Shown: positions 20,101 through 28,852 of the stretch, piece after piece
Layout of the letters: each line of letters opens with the position of its first letter
Numbering within the stretch: position 1 is the stretch's first letter
NCBI GenBank assembly: GCA_036262515.1
Contig: DATAIT010000055.1
Span: forward strand, 1,532-65,531
Direction: 5' to 3'
Length of the DNA: 64,000 nt
Source: Acidimicrobiales bacterium
GTDB lineage: Bacteria; Actinomycetota; Acidimicrobiia; Acidimicrobiales; GCA-2861595
The notes under the pieces: model-generated
Told to the model about the DNA's origin: nothing
The model's database searches: none
Seen by the model: only the letters and a program-made list of their open reading frames with translations
Made by a program: the position numbers and the translations under genes

Positions 20101-20139
20101 GGGCACGGCGCCGCGTGCGGCGCTACTGCCCGTCTTTTT
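20101..20139 (+). terminator. Intrinsic-terminator-like hairpin with a T-tract
   Basis: gggca-cg-gcgccg-cgtg-cggcgc-tac-tgccc followed by gtcttttt. It begins 8 nt after the TGA at 20091-20093. T-runs are rare in this sequence. Confidence 0.5.
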
Positions 20140-20453
20140 CGCGGCATTCGTCCGAACAATTCAGGCTGGCGACAGATGCCGTAGGCAAGATGTCAGGCGT
20201 CCTCCGGTGGCGGTCGCGTCCACATTGCAGGACACGTCAGGCAATTTCCGCGGTCGCCGGGGCCGGCGCCGAGTTCTCCACAGAGTCACTTGATTCCCTG
20301 GTTTATAGGCGGTACGTTCGAATGAGTACTCGCGTGGGGGCGGTGGTAATCAGTGTGGGAGCATTGGTATCGCGGCGTTGGTCGATACCCCGTCGGCGGT
20401 GGTCCGGCGCGTGCCCCATCGCCGCGCCTTCTTCCTCCACCGGACGGGTCACC

Positions 20454-21983
20454 ATGAGCGCGGGGCAGGGCTCGGTGGATCCCCGCGCATTCGGCATCGC
20501 CCTGGACGCGCCATCGCGCGACATCGGCACGGGATCGTTCGCGGCTACCGAGGTTCGGACACGGGTCGTTCCTCCACTGGCGACAGCCACCTCGCGCGCC
20601 CAACGGCTCACCATCGCGGCCGTCATGGCCGACGTGGTCGGCGTCATCGTCGGCTATGCCCTGGCCCGGCCGGTGCACCTGGCCACGGGAGCGGACCCCG
20701 CACCGTTCCTGCACGCCAGAGCCACACTTGCCTGGACCGTCGCGTTCTGGGCGCCGATCTTCGCCGCCTATCACCTGTACGACCGACGCCGGCTCGGAAG
20801 TCCTGCCGAGGAGGCCCGCCAGGTCCTCCATGCCGTCTGCGTGGCCACGGGCAGCGTCGTCGTCTTCACCTTCTTCGCCGGGGTGGAGCTCGAGCGGGGC
20901 AGCGTCGCCGCCATCTGGGCGACCTGCCTGCTCACCGTCGGCATCGTCCGGCTGGTCATGCGCAAGGTCGCCCACCGGCTGAACTCGAGAGGGTTCACCG
21001 CCGTGCGAGCCGTGGTCGTCGGCGTCAACGACGAGGCGAGGACGCTGGCCCGCATCCTCCAGCGCCAGCGTTGGCGGGGGTACGACGTGGCCGGTTTCGT
21101 CGCCGTCGAGCCGGCGGGATCCGCCTCGGTCGACGGACGGCCGGTCCTGGGTTCGGTGGAGGACATCGCCGCCGTCCTCGACCGCACCGATGCCGGGACG
21201 GTGCTCATCGCCGGCAGCGCCGTGTCGTCGGAGACGCGCTCGGAGCTGGATCGCCAGCTCCAGGCCTCGAACGTCGAGGTGCAGGTCTCGCTGGGACTGC
21301 CGAACCTGGCCGCCTCGAGGTTGTCGGTTCAGGGAATCGACGGCTTGGCCATGCTGTCCGTCCAGCCCAAGCGCCTGAGCCGTCGCCAGGTCGTCGGGAA
21401 GCGGATGTTCGACCTGGTGACTGCCGTGACGCTGGTGATCCTCACCGCTCCGGTCACCGCACTGATCGCTCTGGCCGTGCGCCTCAGTGGGCCCGGGCCG
21501 GTGCTGTTCCGCCAGGTCCGGGTGGGCGAAGGTGGTCGTCCGTTCACGTTGTTCAAGTTCCGCTCCATGGTGGTGCACACCGAGGTCCACCTCGACGAAC
21601 TGACGAGCCGCAACCAGGCGGACGGCCTCCTCTTCAAGATGGCCGACGACCCGCGGGTCACACGCGTCGGTCGCATCCTGCGACGGTTGAGCCTGGACGA
21701 ACTCCCCCAGCTGCTGAACGTCATCCGCGGTGAGATGAGCCTCGTCGGACCGCGGCCGGCCCTCCTCCAGGAAGCCCGCCGGTACGACGAGCAGCTCCGG
21801 AACAGGCTTCGTGTGAAGCCCGGCCTCACCGGCCTGTGGCAGGTCAACGGTCGCCATGCGCTCCCGTTCGAGGACTACGTTCGCTATGACCTCTTCTACG
21901 TGGAGAATTGGTCGCTGAGCCTGGACCTCTACATCATGGCCAAGACCATCCCGGCTCTCTTCAGCCGCCAGGGCGCCTACTGA
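20454..21983 (+). CDS. Polyprenyl-phosphate sugar-phosphate transferase (WbaP/CpsE-type priming glycosyltransferase)
   Basis: ORF 20115-21983; the start at 20454 (MSAGQGS...) is uncertain. TM helices are followed by the C-terminal catalytic domain 'RMFDLVTAV...PVLFRQVRVGEGGRPFTLFKFRSM...DELPQLLNVIRGEMSLVGPRP...KPGLTGLWQV'. Confidence 0.9.
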   Translation: MSAGQGSVDPRAFGIALDAPSRDIGTGSFAATEVRTRVVPPLATATSRAQRLTIAAVMADVVGVIVGYALARPVHLATGADPAPFLHARATLAWTVAFWAPIFAAYHLYDRRRLGSPAEEARQVLHAVCVATGSVVVFTFFAGVELERGSVAAIWATCLLTVGIVRLVMRKVAHRLNSRGFTAVRAVVVGVNDEARTLARILQRQRWRGYDVAGFVAVEPAGSASVDGRPVLGSVEDIAAVLDRTDAGTVLIAGSAVSSETRSELDRQLQASNVEVQVSLGLPNLAASRLSVQGIDGLAMLSVQPKRLSRRQVVGKRMFDLVTAVTLVILTAPVTALIALAVRLSGPGPVLFRQVRVGEGGRPFTLFKFRSMVVHTEVHLDELTSRNQADGLLFKMADDPRVTRVGRILRRLSLDELPQLLNVIRGEMSLVGPRPALLQEARRYDEQLRNRLRVKPGLTGLWQVNGRHALPFEDYVRYDLFYVENWSLSLDLYIMAKTIPALFSRQGAY

Positions 21984-22182
21984 GACGAGCCTCACGGGCA
22001 CGCCCTTTCGCGTCCCGGATCGAGGGCCGGATCGGAACCGGCCCGGCCCGGCCGGGCGCTGCGGTGCGGCGGGTGTGCGATGCTGGAGGGGCGTTGCCGG
22101 AGGCCTTCTCGATCGTCCGCATGGCGGGCGACATCTCGTCGTTCGACCGGGGCCGAGCCGGCGTGTCACGGGGTCGGCACCG

Positions 22183-23340
22183 TTGAGCGCCTCTCCGGCG
22201 GGCCACGAGGTCGCCGACGCCGAGGCTCATCTGGCGGCGGTGGCCGCCCACGGGCTTCCGACGACCATTGCGACGCCGTCGACGGTGCCGCTTCCCCTGG
22301 CGGAGTGGGACCATCTGCTTGCGCGGATACGCCAGGAGCGCCTCGAGGGGCTGCTGAACCGCGTGATCGCCGACGGCGCGCTGGCGGTCACGCCCCGCCA
22401 GGCCGAGGAGGCGGCGGCCGCCAACAGCGCGGCCGTGCGGCTGGTGCTGCGGCTGGAGGCGGTACTGCTCGACACCATCGACGTCCTCACTCGCGCCGGT
22501 GTCGAGTACCGGGTCCTCAAGGGCGCGGCGGTCGCCCGGCTCGACTATCCCGAGCCGACGCTGCGGTCGTTCGTCGACAGCGACGTCCTGGTCCGGTCGG
22601 ACCAGTTCGACCGTGCCGTCGCCGCCCTCATCGACGCCGGGCACCACCGGGCCTCGACCCCGCAGCTGCGGGAAGGGTTCGATCGCCGGTTCGCCAAGGG
22701 GGCGACGTTCCTCACCGCCGACGGCCTCGAGATCGACTTGCACCGGACGCTCGACCGGGGGCCGTTCGGGCTGGCACTGCGGCTTCCCGACCTGTGGGAG
22801 AGCTCGTCGACGTTCGTGCTGGCCGGACGCACCCTGACGTCGCTCCGGCCTGAGGGTCGGTTCCTCCACGCCTGCTACCACGCCGCCCTCGGAGACGTCA
22901 CCCCCCGGCTGGTGCCCCTGCGCGACGTCGCCCAGATGCTCCTCGACGGACGGCTCGATCTCGATCTCGTCCGGTACCTGTCATCGACCTGGCGCGCCAA
23001 TGTCGTCACGGCCCGAGCCGTCCGGCTCGCATGGACCCGCTTGGGCCTCGACGTCGAGACGCCGTTCAGCACGTGGGCCCTCACGTACCGTCCCAAGCGC
23101 TGGGAGGACAGGGCCATGAGCGTGTACCTCGACTCGCGCCGGACCGAGGCGGCCCGCTCGCTGGCCACCCTGCGGTTCATCCCCGGCGCCATGAACAGGC
23201 TCGCCTATCTCGGGGCCGTCGCCTTTCCGAGCCGGACGTACCTCGCGGCGCGGGGACGGGGGCGCTTCTCGCACTGGCGCCGCGCCCACTGGCCATGGCG
23301 GCGGACGTCGCTCGGGCGCGACGACCAGGGCCGGCGCTAG
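22183..23340 (+). CDS. Uncharacterised nucleotidyltransferase-family protein (NTP_transf_5 / PF14907-like)
   Basis: ORF 22075-23340; a TTG at 22183 is a possible start. Motifs are 'AGVEYRVLKGAAVARLDYPEPTLRSFVDSDVLV...' and 'GLEIDLHRTL'. This family is typically seen next to PqqD/HprK-like/lasso-type genes. Confidence 0.6.
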   Translation: MSASPAGHEVADAEAHLAAVAAHGLPTTIATPSTVPLPLAEWDHLLARIRQERLEGLLNRVIADGALAVTPRQAEEAAAANSAAVRLVLRLEAVLLDTIDVLTRAGVEYRVLKGAAVARLDYPEPTLRSFVDSDVLVRSDQFDRAVAALIDAGHHRASTPQLREGFDRRFAKGATFLTADGLEIDLHRTLDRGPFGLALRLPDLWESSSTFVLAGRTLTSLRPEGRFLHACYHAALGDVTPRLVPLRDVAQMLLDGRLDLDLVRYLSSTWRANVVTARAVRLAWTRLGLDVETPFSTWALTYRPKRWEDRAMSVYLDSRRTEAARSLATLRFIPGAMNRLAYLGAVAFPSRTYLAARGRGRFSHWRRAHWPWRRTSLGRDDQGRR

Positions 23341-23344
23341 CGCA

Positions 23345-24283
23345 TCAGGACGGGGCTGGCTGCCCGGCCGGCCTGCGCCACGCCGAGAGGTCGAGGTCGA
23401 GGAGGGACTCCGCCAGCCGCAGGTCGTCGGCGTAGAAGGCGCAGAGCCGGGCCTCCAGGTCGGGCGGGACCGACGGCTGCCGGTTCCCGAGCAGGCGGGC
23501 GAGGACCATCCGGTCGAAGCCCACCACAGCCGCGTTGGGCACGAAGGAGAACGGGCGGCGAAGCCGCCGCGGGCGGTAGCTGTACGTCGTCTCCGAGTCC
23601 CACGACCAGACGAACCTGCGTCGGGCTCGGAGGACCCGCAGCCGACGGCGGTCGTAGACCCCGGCGTTCGTCGTGCGCCCGAGTGTGGGCACGGGATGGT
23701 CGGCGGCCACGCCGAGGAACTGGTACACGCGCCCGAACGTGGCCGCGACGCGCAGGTCCTCCTGGCGCAGGACCAGCACCCGCCTGGGCCCGAAGACCTC
23801 GAGGTAGGACCGCAGGTGGGTGCCGTAGAGCCCGTATTCGAGGATGTCGGCGGCCCGGGGATAGGCCGGATCGGCCCAACCGTCCAAAAGCCTCGCCATG
23901 CCGACGTCGAGAGGAGCCAACGGCAGGAGTCCGAACTGCACGTACCAGAAGTACGCGGACACTGCCCGCGACACCGGTTCGCGGAGGACGGCCAGGATCC
24001 GGGCGTCCGGGGCCACGGCCTGGATCCGCCGGGCGCACCCGGGGGCGGCGAGGTACTCGGGCCGCTGGATGCCGAGGCGCTGTCCGGGGGCCGCCTCGGC
24101 GAAGACGCTCCGCAGCACGGACGGAGGGGTCGTCGAGAAGAACCGCTCCTCGAAGTAGGGCACCTCGTCAGGGCAGAGGAAGACCTCTGGATGGGTGTGG
24201 AGGCTGGCGTTCAGATGGGTCGACCCCGCCCGCTGAGCGCCGATGATGACGAAGTCGAGCGGCGCGTCGGAGACGCCCGTCAC
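23345..24283 (-). CDS. Sulfotransferase 1
   Basis: 312 aa. The 5'-PSB loop is 'FVIIGAQRAGSTHL' and the 3'-PB region is 'ILAVLREPVSRAVSAY'. Confidence 0.8.
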   Translation of the reverse strand: MTGVSDAPLDFVIIGAQRAGSTHLNASLHTHPEVFLCPDEVPYFEERFFSTTPPSVLRSVFAEAAPGQRLGIQRPEYLAAPGCARRIQAVAPDARILAVLREPVSRAVSAYFWYVQFGLLPLAPLDVGMARLLDGWADPAYPRAADILEYGLYGTHLRSYLEVFGPRRVLVLRQEDLRVAATFGRVYQFLGVAADHPVPTLGRTTNAGVYDRRRLRVLRARRRFVWSWDSETTYSYRPRRLRRPFSFVPNAAVVGFDRMVLARLLGNRQPSVPPDLEARLCAFYADDLRLAESLLDLDLSAWRRPAGQPAPS

Positions 24284-25128
24284 CGCCGCTCCAGCGAGCC
24301 GGCAGGAGGTGCCGCCACCGCGTACCCGGCGCCGGCGAGGGCGGTGGCACAGCGGCTCTCGAACGTCTCGCGGACCGGAGCGGGCACCAGCTCGTCCCAG
24401 ACCTTGCGCCGGTCCGACCGCACGAATGGCGTTCCGTCTGTCGCCTTCGACGCCAGGAAGGCGCTGGAGGCCTCCTTGGCCCGCATGCGATCCTTGGTGT
24501 TGGCCTCGACCGCCTCGGCGAGCCGGGCCGGCTCCACGGTGACGCCGAGGAAGGCCACGACCCGAGCGAGCTGGCCCACCGGATCGGTCCGGAGGTCCTC
24601 GTACTTCACCATCAGGAACGGTCCCGGGGTCGACCGGCCGAACTCGAGCGCAGCGGCGACATGGTCGTCCCAGGTGCCGTACCCATCGAGCTGGCCGGAC
24701 AGGAACAGGTCCAAGAACGCGTCGAGCTCGCCGTCGAACTGGAGATACCGGCGCTGGTGATCGAGGTAGGACAGGGCCACGTCGCGACCGTCGCGCACGA
24801 GGTAGACGACCGGGCGACCGCAGCGGCCCAGGGTGGGGCTGAGGGGCTCGTGTGACCGGATGACGCGGCCGCCCGAGGGAAGGAGGGCGGGTGCCCCTCT
24901 GTGGCGACCCACGGGAGGCACCGTGTCGCGGATGGAGTCGAAGTCGGCGTGGTGGTCCGTCAGGACATGGGCCAGGAGGAACCGGAGCCAGGTGCTGCCC
25001 GACTTGGGGTACGAGACCAACAGCGCATCCTCACGACGCAGTCCCCGGTGCCTCAGCCACACCAACTGGTGCCGGACCACGCGGCGGACGGGCGGGGGCA
25101 GCAGAGCTGCAGACCTCGACATCTCCAT
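24280..25128 (-). CDS. Sulfotransferase 2
   Basis: ORF trimmed to the ATG at 25126-25128 (MEMSRSAALLPPP...). The PAPS loop is 'LLVSYPKSGSTWLRFLL', with 'VVYLVRDGRDVALS' also present. It overlaps sulfotransferase 1 by 4 nt. Confidence 0.85.
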   Translation of the reverse strand: MEMSRSAALLPPPVRRVVRHQLVWLRHRGLRREDALLVSYPKSGSTWLRFLLAHVLTDHHADFDSIRDTVPPVGRHRGAPALLPSGGRVIRSHEPLSPTLGRCGRPVVYLVRDGRDVALSYLDHQRRYLQFDGELDAFLDLFLSGQLDGYGTWDDHVAAALEFGRSTPGPFLMVKYEDLRTDPVGQLARVVAFLGVTVEPARLAEAVEANTKDRMRAKEASSAFLASKATDGTPFVRSDRRKVWDELVPAPVRETFESRCATALAGAGYAVAAPPAGSLERR

Positions 25129-25460
25129 CGTTCCCCCCGGTCGCGTCGGCGGGCTGCAGGCCGTCGCACGGGCCCACCGTCTCTCATTGTGGCGATCACC
25201 TGCACCGTACACAAGGTCCCCGTGGCCCACTGGAAAAAGTTGAGCGAATTTCCGGCGACTTGTCGAAATCCCGGCTGGGCCCGGGTAAGATGGGCAGGTC
25301 TTGCAGGGGGCGGACGGGGGGAGACACGATGGGGAGGCCGGGTGCGGGAGCAGGTGTCTCGCCCATGCCGAGTCGTCGGACACCGTCTCATCCGCCGGAC
25401 GACGCGGTCCAGCCGGATGTCGGAACCTGACCCGATCATCGGCACCGAGATGGAGAACTG

Positions 25461-26519
25461 ATGCTCAAGCCCTCGAACTTCTCTCTTGACCCGTCGAAGC
25501 GCGTCCTGGTCACCGGCGCCGGAGGGTTCATCGGCGGCCATCTGATCGCACGGCTGAGGCGGGAGGGCTTCAGCCAGCTGCGGGCCGTGGACTGCAAGCC
25601 GCTCGACGAGTGGTACCTCTCGTTCGACGACGTCGAGCAACTCGTGCTCGACCTGTCCCACCCCGACGCGTGTGCGCGCGGCGCGCGCGGGGTCGATTAC
25701 GTCTTCCATCTCGCCGCCGACATGGGCGGCATGGGCTTCATCGAGAACAACAAGGCGCTGTGCATGCTGTCGGTGCTCACGAGCACGAACATGCTGGTCG
25801 CCGCCCAGGAGGCGGGGGCCCAGCGGTACTTCTACGCCTCGTCGGCCTGCGTGTACGCAGCCGACAAGCAGACCACTCCCGACGTGGCCCCGCTGCGCGA
25901 GGCCGACGCCTATCCGGCGATGCCGGAGGACGGCTACGGGTGGGAAAAGCTGTTCAGCGAGCGGATGGCTCGGCACTTCCTCGAAGACTTCGGGTTCGAG
26001 ACGCGGGTTGCCCGGTACCACAACGTCTACGGACCGCACGGCACCTACATGGGCGGCCGGGAGAAGGCGCCGGCCGCCATCTCGCGGAAGGTGGCGGAAG
26101 CGAAGCTCTCGGGCTCGGGCGAGATCGACATCTGGGGCGACGGCGAGCAGACGCGGAGCTTCACCTACGTCGACGACTGCGTGGAGGGCACGCTGCGGCT
26201 CATGTCGTCGTCGGTGGTCGACCCGTTGAACATCGGGAGCAGCGAGATGGTCACCATCAACGAGCTGGTCTCGATCACCGAGGAGATCGCCGGCGTCAAG
26301 CTTCGTCGCCGCTACACGCTGGATGCCCCACAGGGCGTCCGCGGCCGCAACAGCGACAACACCCGGATCCTCTCCGACCTCCACTGGGAACCTTCGACGC
26401 CGTTGAAGGACGGGATGGAAGTCGTCTACCGCTGGGTCTACGACCAGCTGGCGTCCTCCCGTCGCTGGAACGGCGCCGGGCTCGCCAACGGCGCCCTGCC
26501 GGGGCGGCGTGCCGGCTGA
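25461..26519 (+). CDS. GDP-mannose 3,5-epimerase-like NAD-dependent epimerase (extended SDR)
   Basis: The Rossmann motif is 'VLVTGAGGFIGGHL'. Long collinear similarity to plant/bacterial GME is recalled from memory: 'HLAADMGGMGFIENN', 'FYASSACVY', 'PEDGYGWEKLFSE', 'ARYHNVYGPHGTYMGGREKAPAA', 'IWGDGEQTRSFTYVDDCVEG', 'GVRGRNSDN'. Confidence 0.8.
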   Translation: MLKPSNFSLDPSKRVLVTGAGGFIGGHLIARLRREGFSQLRAVDCKPLDEWYLSFDDVEQLVLDLSHPDACARGARGVDYVFHLAADMGGMGFIENNKALCMLSVLTSTNMLVAAQEAGAQRYFYASSACVYAADKQTTPDVAPLREADAYPAMPEDGYGWEKLFSERMARHFLEDFGFETRVARYHNVYGPHGTYMGGREKAPAAISRKVAEAKLSGSGEIDIWGDGEQTRSFTYVDDCVEGTLRLMSSSVVDPLNIGSSEMVTINELVSITEEIAGVKLRRRYTLDAPQGVRGRNSDNTRILSDLHWEPSTPLKDGMEVVYRWVYDQLASSRRWNGAGLANGALPGRRAG

Positions 26520-27567
26520 CGGCCCACCTCGGGAAGCGCAGCGTTCGGCGGCGGAAACGACCGGAAGCCCTGACGGCCACAGCCCTGACCGGACCGGTCC
26601 GGCCTCGGCGGGGACGACGCAGGACGACGGTACCGGGCAGGAAGAGCCCCTTCGCATCGTCTATGTGGCCGGCACGCAGAACTCCGGCTCGACCCTGCTC
26701 GACACCATCCTCGGCAACGCGCCCGGCGTCTGGAGCCTCGGGGAGGTAGGCGGGTTCCACCGGTACACGTCTGAGCCCAGCTGCGACTGCGGCGAGCCGC
26801 CGGCGTCGTGCGCGCCGTGCCGGGCCGTCCTGGCGTCGCTCGACAAGAGCGGCGACGTCGAGACCCTCGACCGCCTCGGTCCGCTCCCGCTCAAGGAGCG
26901 GAGAGCGCACTGGGCCGTGGCCGGAAGCCGGGCCCGGGCCGAGTACGCCCGGGTGGCGGACATCGCATTCGCGGCGGTCGCGGCCGAGACGGGGAGCTCC
27001 GTCCTCGTCGACTCCTCGAAGAACGTGGCCCGTGCCGCCGCACTCGTCCACGACAGTCGCTACGACGTACGCGTGCTGCACCTCGTCCGGGACGGGCGAG
27101 GGTACCTGGCGTCCCGGCGGCGGCGGGCGCCCATGACGGGGCGCCGCTACGTCGCCCCCGTCGTGATGGCCGGGTGGCTGAGCAAGAACCTGTTCATCTC
27201 GGCGGTGCTCCGCCGTCAGATCCCCACCGGCCACTACCTCCTGTGCCGCTACGAGGACTTCGTCAGCGACCCCGTCGGCGAGCTCCGGCGCATCGGCGCC
27301 TTCGCCGGCGTCGACACGACCGGGCTCGCGGCGTCCGCCATGTCCGAAGGGCTCGAGCGGCACCACTTGTTCGAGCCCCGCCGGCGGGCGAACTACCACG
27401 TCGTGCGCATCGACACCGAACGGCTGCCCGGCCAACGGCTGCCCGTCATGCGCAACCTGGTGTACTGGCTCGGCGGTGGGTTCATCTCGGCGCGGTGGGG
27501 CTACGACCGTCGCCAGAGCTATCTGGACCACGTCGCCGGCCACCGGACCGCCACGGTCGGCGACTGA
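26509..27567 (+). CDS. Sulfotransferase 3
   Basis: It has 'IVYVAGTQNSGSTLLDTIL' (P-loop-like PAPS site), 'VLVDSSKN' and 'HLVRDGRGYLAS'. A low-complexity N-terminus makes the start (GTG 26509) uncertain. Confidence 0.7.
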   Translation: MPADGPPREAQRSAAETTGSPDGHSPDRTGPASAGTTQDDGTGQEEPLRIVYVAGTQNSGSTLLDTILGNAPGVWSLGEVGGFHRYTSEPSCDCGEPPASCAPCRAVLASLDKSGDVETLDRLGPLPLKERRAHWAVAGSRARAEYARVADIAFAAVAAETGSSVLVDSSKNVARAAALVHDSRYDVRVLHLVRDGRGYLASRRRRAPMTGRRYVAPVVMAGWLSKNLFISAVLRRQIPTGHYLLCRYEDFVSDPVGELRRIGAFAGVDTTGLAASAMSEGLERHHLFEPRRRANYHVVRIDTERLPGQRLPVMRNLVYWLGGGFISARWGYDRRQSYLDHVAGHRTATVGD

Positions 27568-27579
27568 CGGCCCACCGAC

Positions 27580-28812
27580 TCAGGCGCGGGTCCCGCGGCT
27601 GCCGTCAGAGCCGTTGGTGCGGGCCGCCCGCGCCAGGATGTCCTCGAACCGGTCAGTGATGGCGTCGATGTCGAACGACCGCTCGGCGTACTGGCGGGCC
27701 CGCTCGCCGGCGCTGCGGCGGAGATCGGCATCCCCCACGAACGCCTCGGCAGCGGCGATGAAGCGGTCGCGATTGCCCGGGTCGACGACGACGCCCGCTC
27801 CGGCCCGTTCGACGGTTCGCGTCGCCAGGTTCGATCTTGGCATGGCGGCCACGATCGGCCGCTGCGCGCAGAGGTACGTCAAGACCTTGGACGGCACGGA
27901 GAAGATCCCGGCGTCGGGCTCGAGCAGGGCCAGCAGCACGTCGGCCGTTCCCAGCATCTCGGGGACCTGCTCGTAGGGCTGGTACGGCAGGAGCAGCAGG
28001 TTGGCGAGAGGTCGGGCCGCCGTCTCGGCGGCCAGCCAGTCCCGGCCCCGACCCTCGGACACCACGACCACGCGGACGCGGTCGTCCGCCCGGAACCGCT
28101 CGGCCAGGGCGACCAGGAGACCGGGATCGTGCTTGAGGCCGAGGGTCCCCGAATACAGGAACACCAGCCGGTCGTGGAGCCCGTGGCGCCGGGCCCAGGC
28201 ATTGTCCTTGGGAAGTGGACGCAGCTCGTCCAGGGGCGCCCAGTTCTCGACCACGTGGCACCGCTGATCGGGAACCCCCCAGGAGCGGAGCATGGGACGG
28301 AAGTCGTCGGTGATGGCCACGACGGCGGCCGCATGACGGAGCAGGCTGCGCTCGATGCCGCCGAAGAACCACCCAAGGGCCGGGCCGGCGAAACCGAACC
28401 TGTGCCCGAGGTACTTGGCCATGGCCTGGCTGTACACGTCCTGGAGCCAAAAGACCCACGGGGTGCGCGAGCGGGCACACCAGGCGGCCGCCCGGGCCTT
28501 GGCGAAGAGCGGATCGTTGCTGGAGAGGATCACGTCGGGGCGGACGGCGCCGGCCCAGCGGTTGAACCGCCCGCCGTACTCGAGCTCCTGGCCGAGGCGG
28601 CGGCCGATCGAGTAGCGGTCGAAGGTCTGCCCGAGCTGGATCGCCTCGATCCGCAACGTGTCGGGGTCGTCGTCGGTGCGCGTCACCGCGCCCTTCCCGG
28701 TCTGGTACGACGCGCAGTGGACGTGCAGCACCTCGTGGCGGCGAGCGGCCAGGGCGCGGCTGAGCTGCATCTGGAAGGGATGCCCGGAGTAGTCGTGGAC
28801 GAGGATCCGCAC
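27580..28812 (-). CDS. GT4-family glycosyltransferase (WcaI-like)
   Basis: Starts at the GTG at 28810-28812 (VRILVHDYSGHPFQMQLSRALA...). The GT-B C-terminal half reads 'LVFLYSGTLGLKHD...' and 'SKVLTYLCAQRPIVA'. Confidence 0.8.
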   Translation of the reverse strand: MRILVHDYSGHPFQMQLSRALAARRHEVLHVHCASYQTGKGAVTRTDDDPDTLRIEAIQLGQTFDRYSIGRRLGQELEYGGRFNRWAGAVRPDVILSSNDPLFAKARAAAWCARSRTPWVFWLQDVYSQAMAKYLGHRFGFAGPALGWFFGGIERSLLRHAAAVVAITDDFRPMLRSWGVPDQRCHVVENWAPLDELRPLPKDNAWARRHGLHDRLVFLYSGTLGLKHDPGLLVALAERFRADDRVRVVVVSEGRGRDWLAAETAARPLANLLLLPYQPYEQVPEMLGTADVLLALLEPDAGIFSVPSKVLTYLCAQRPIVAAMPRSNLATRTVERAGAGVVVDPGNRDRFIAAAEAFVGDADLRRSAGERARQYAERSFDIDAITDRFEDILARAARTNGSDGSRGTRA

Positions 28813-28852
28813 GGCCTCTAGGCCCAACTCGCAGGGTGCCGGTGGCCGATGG

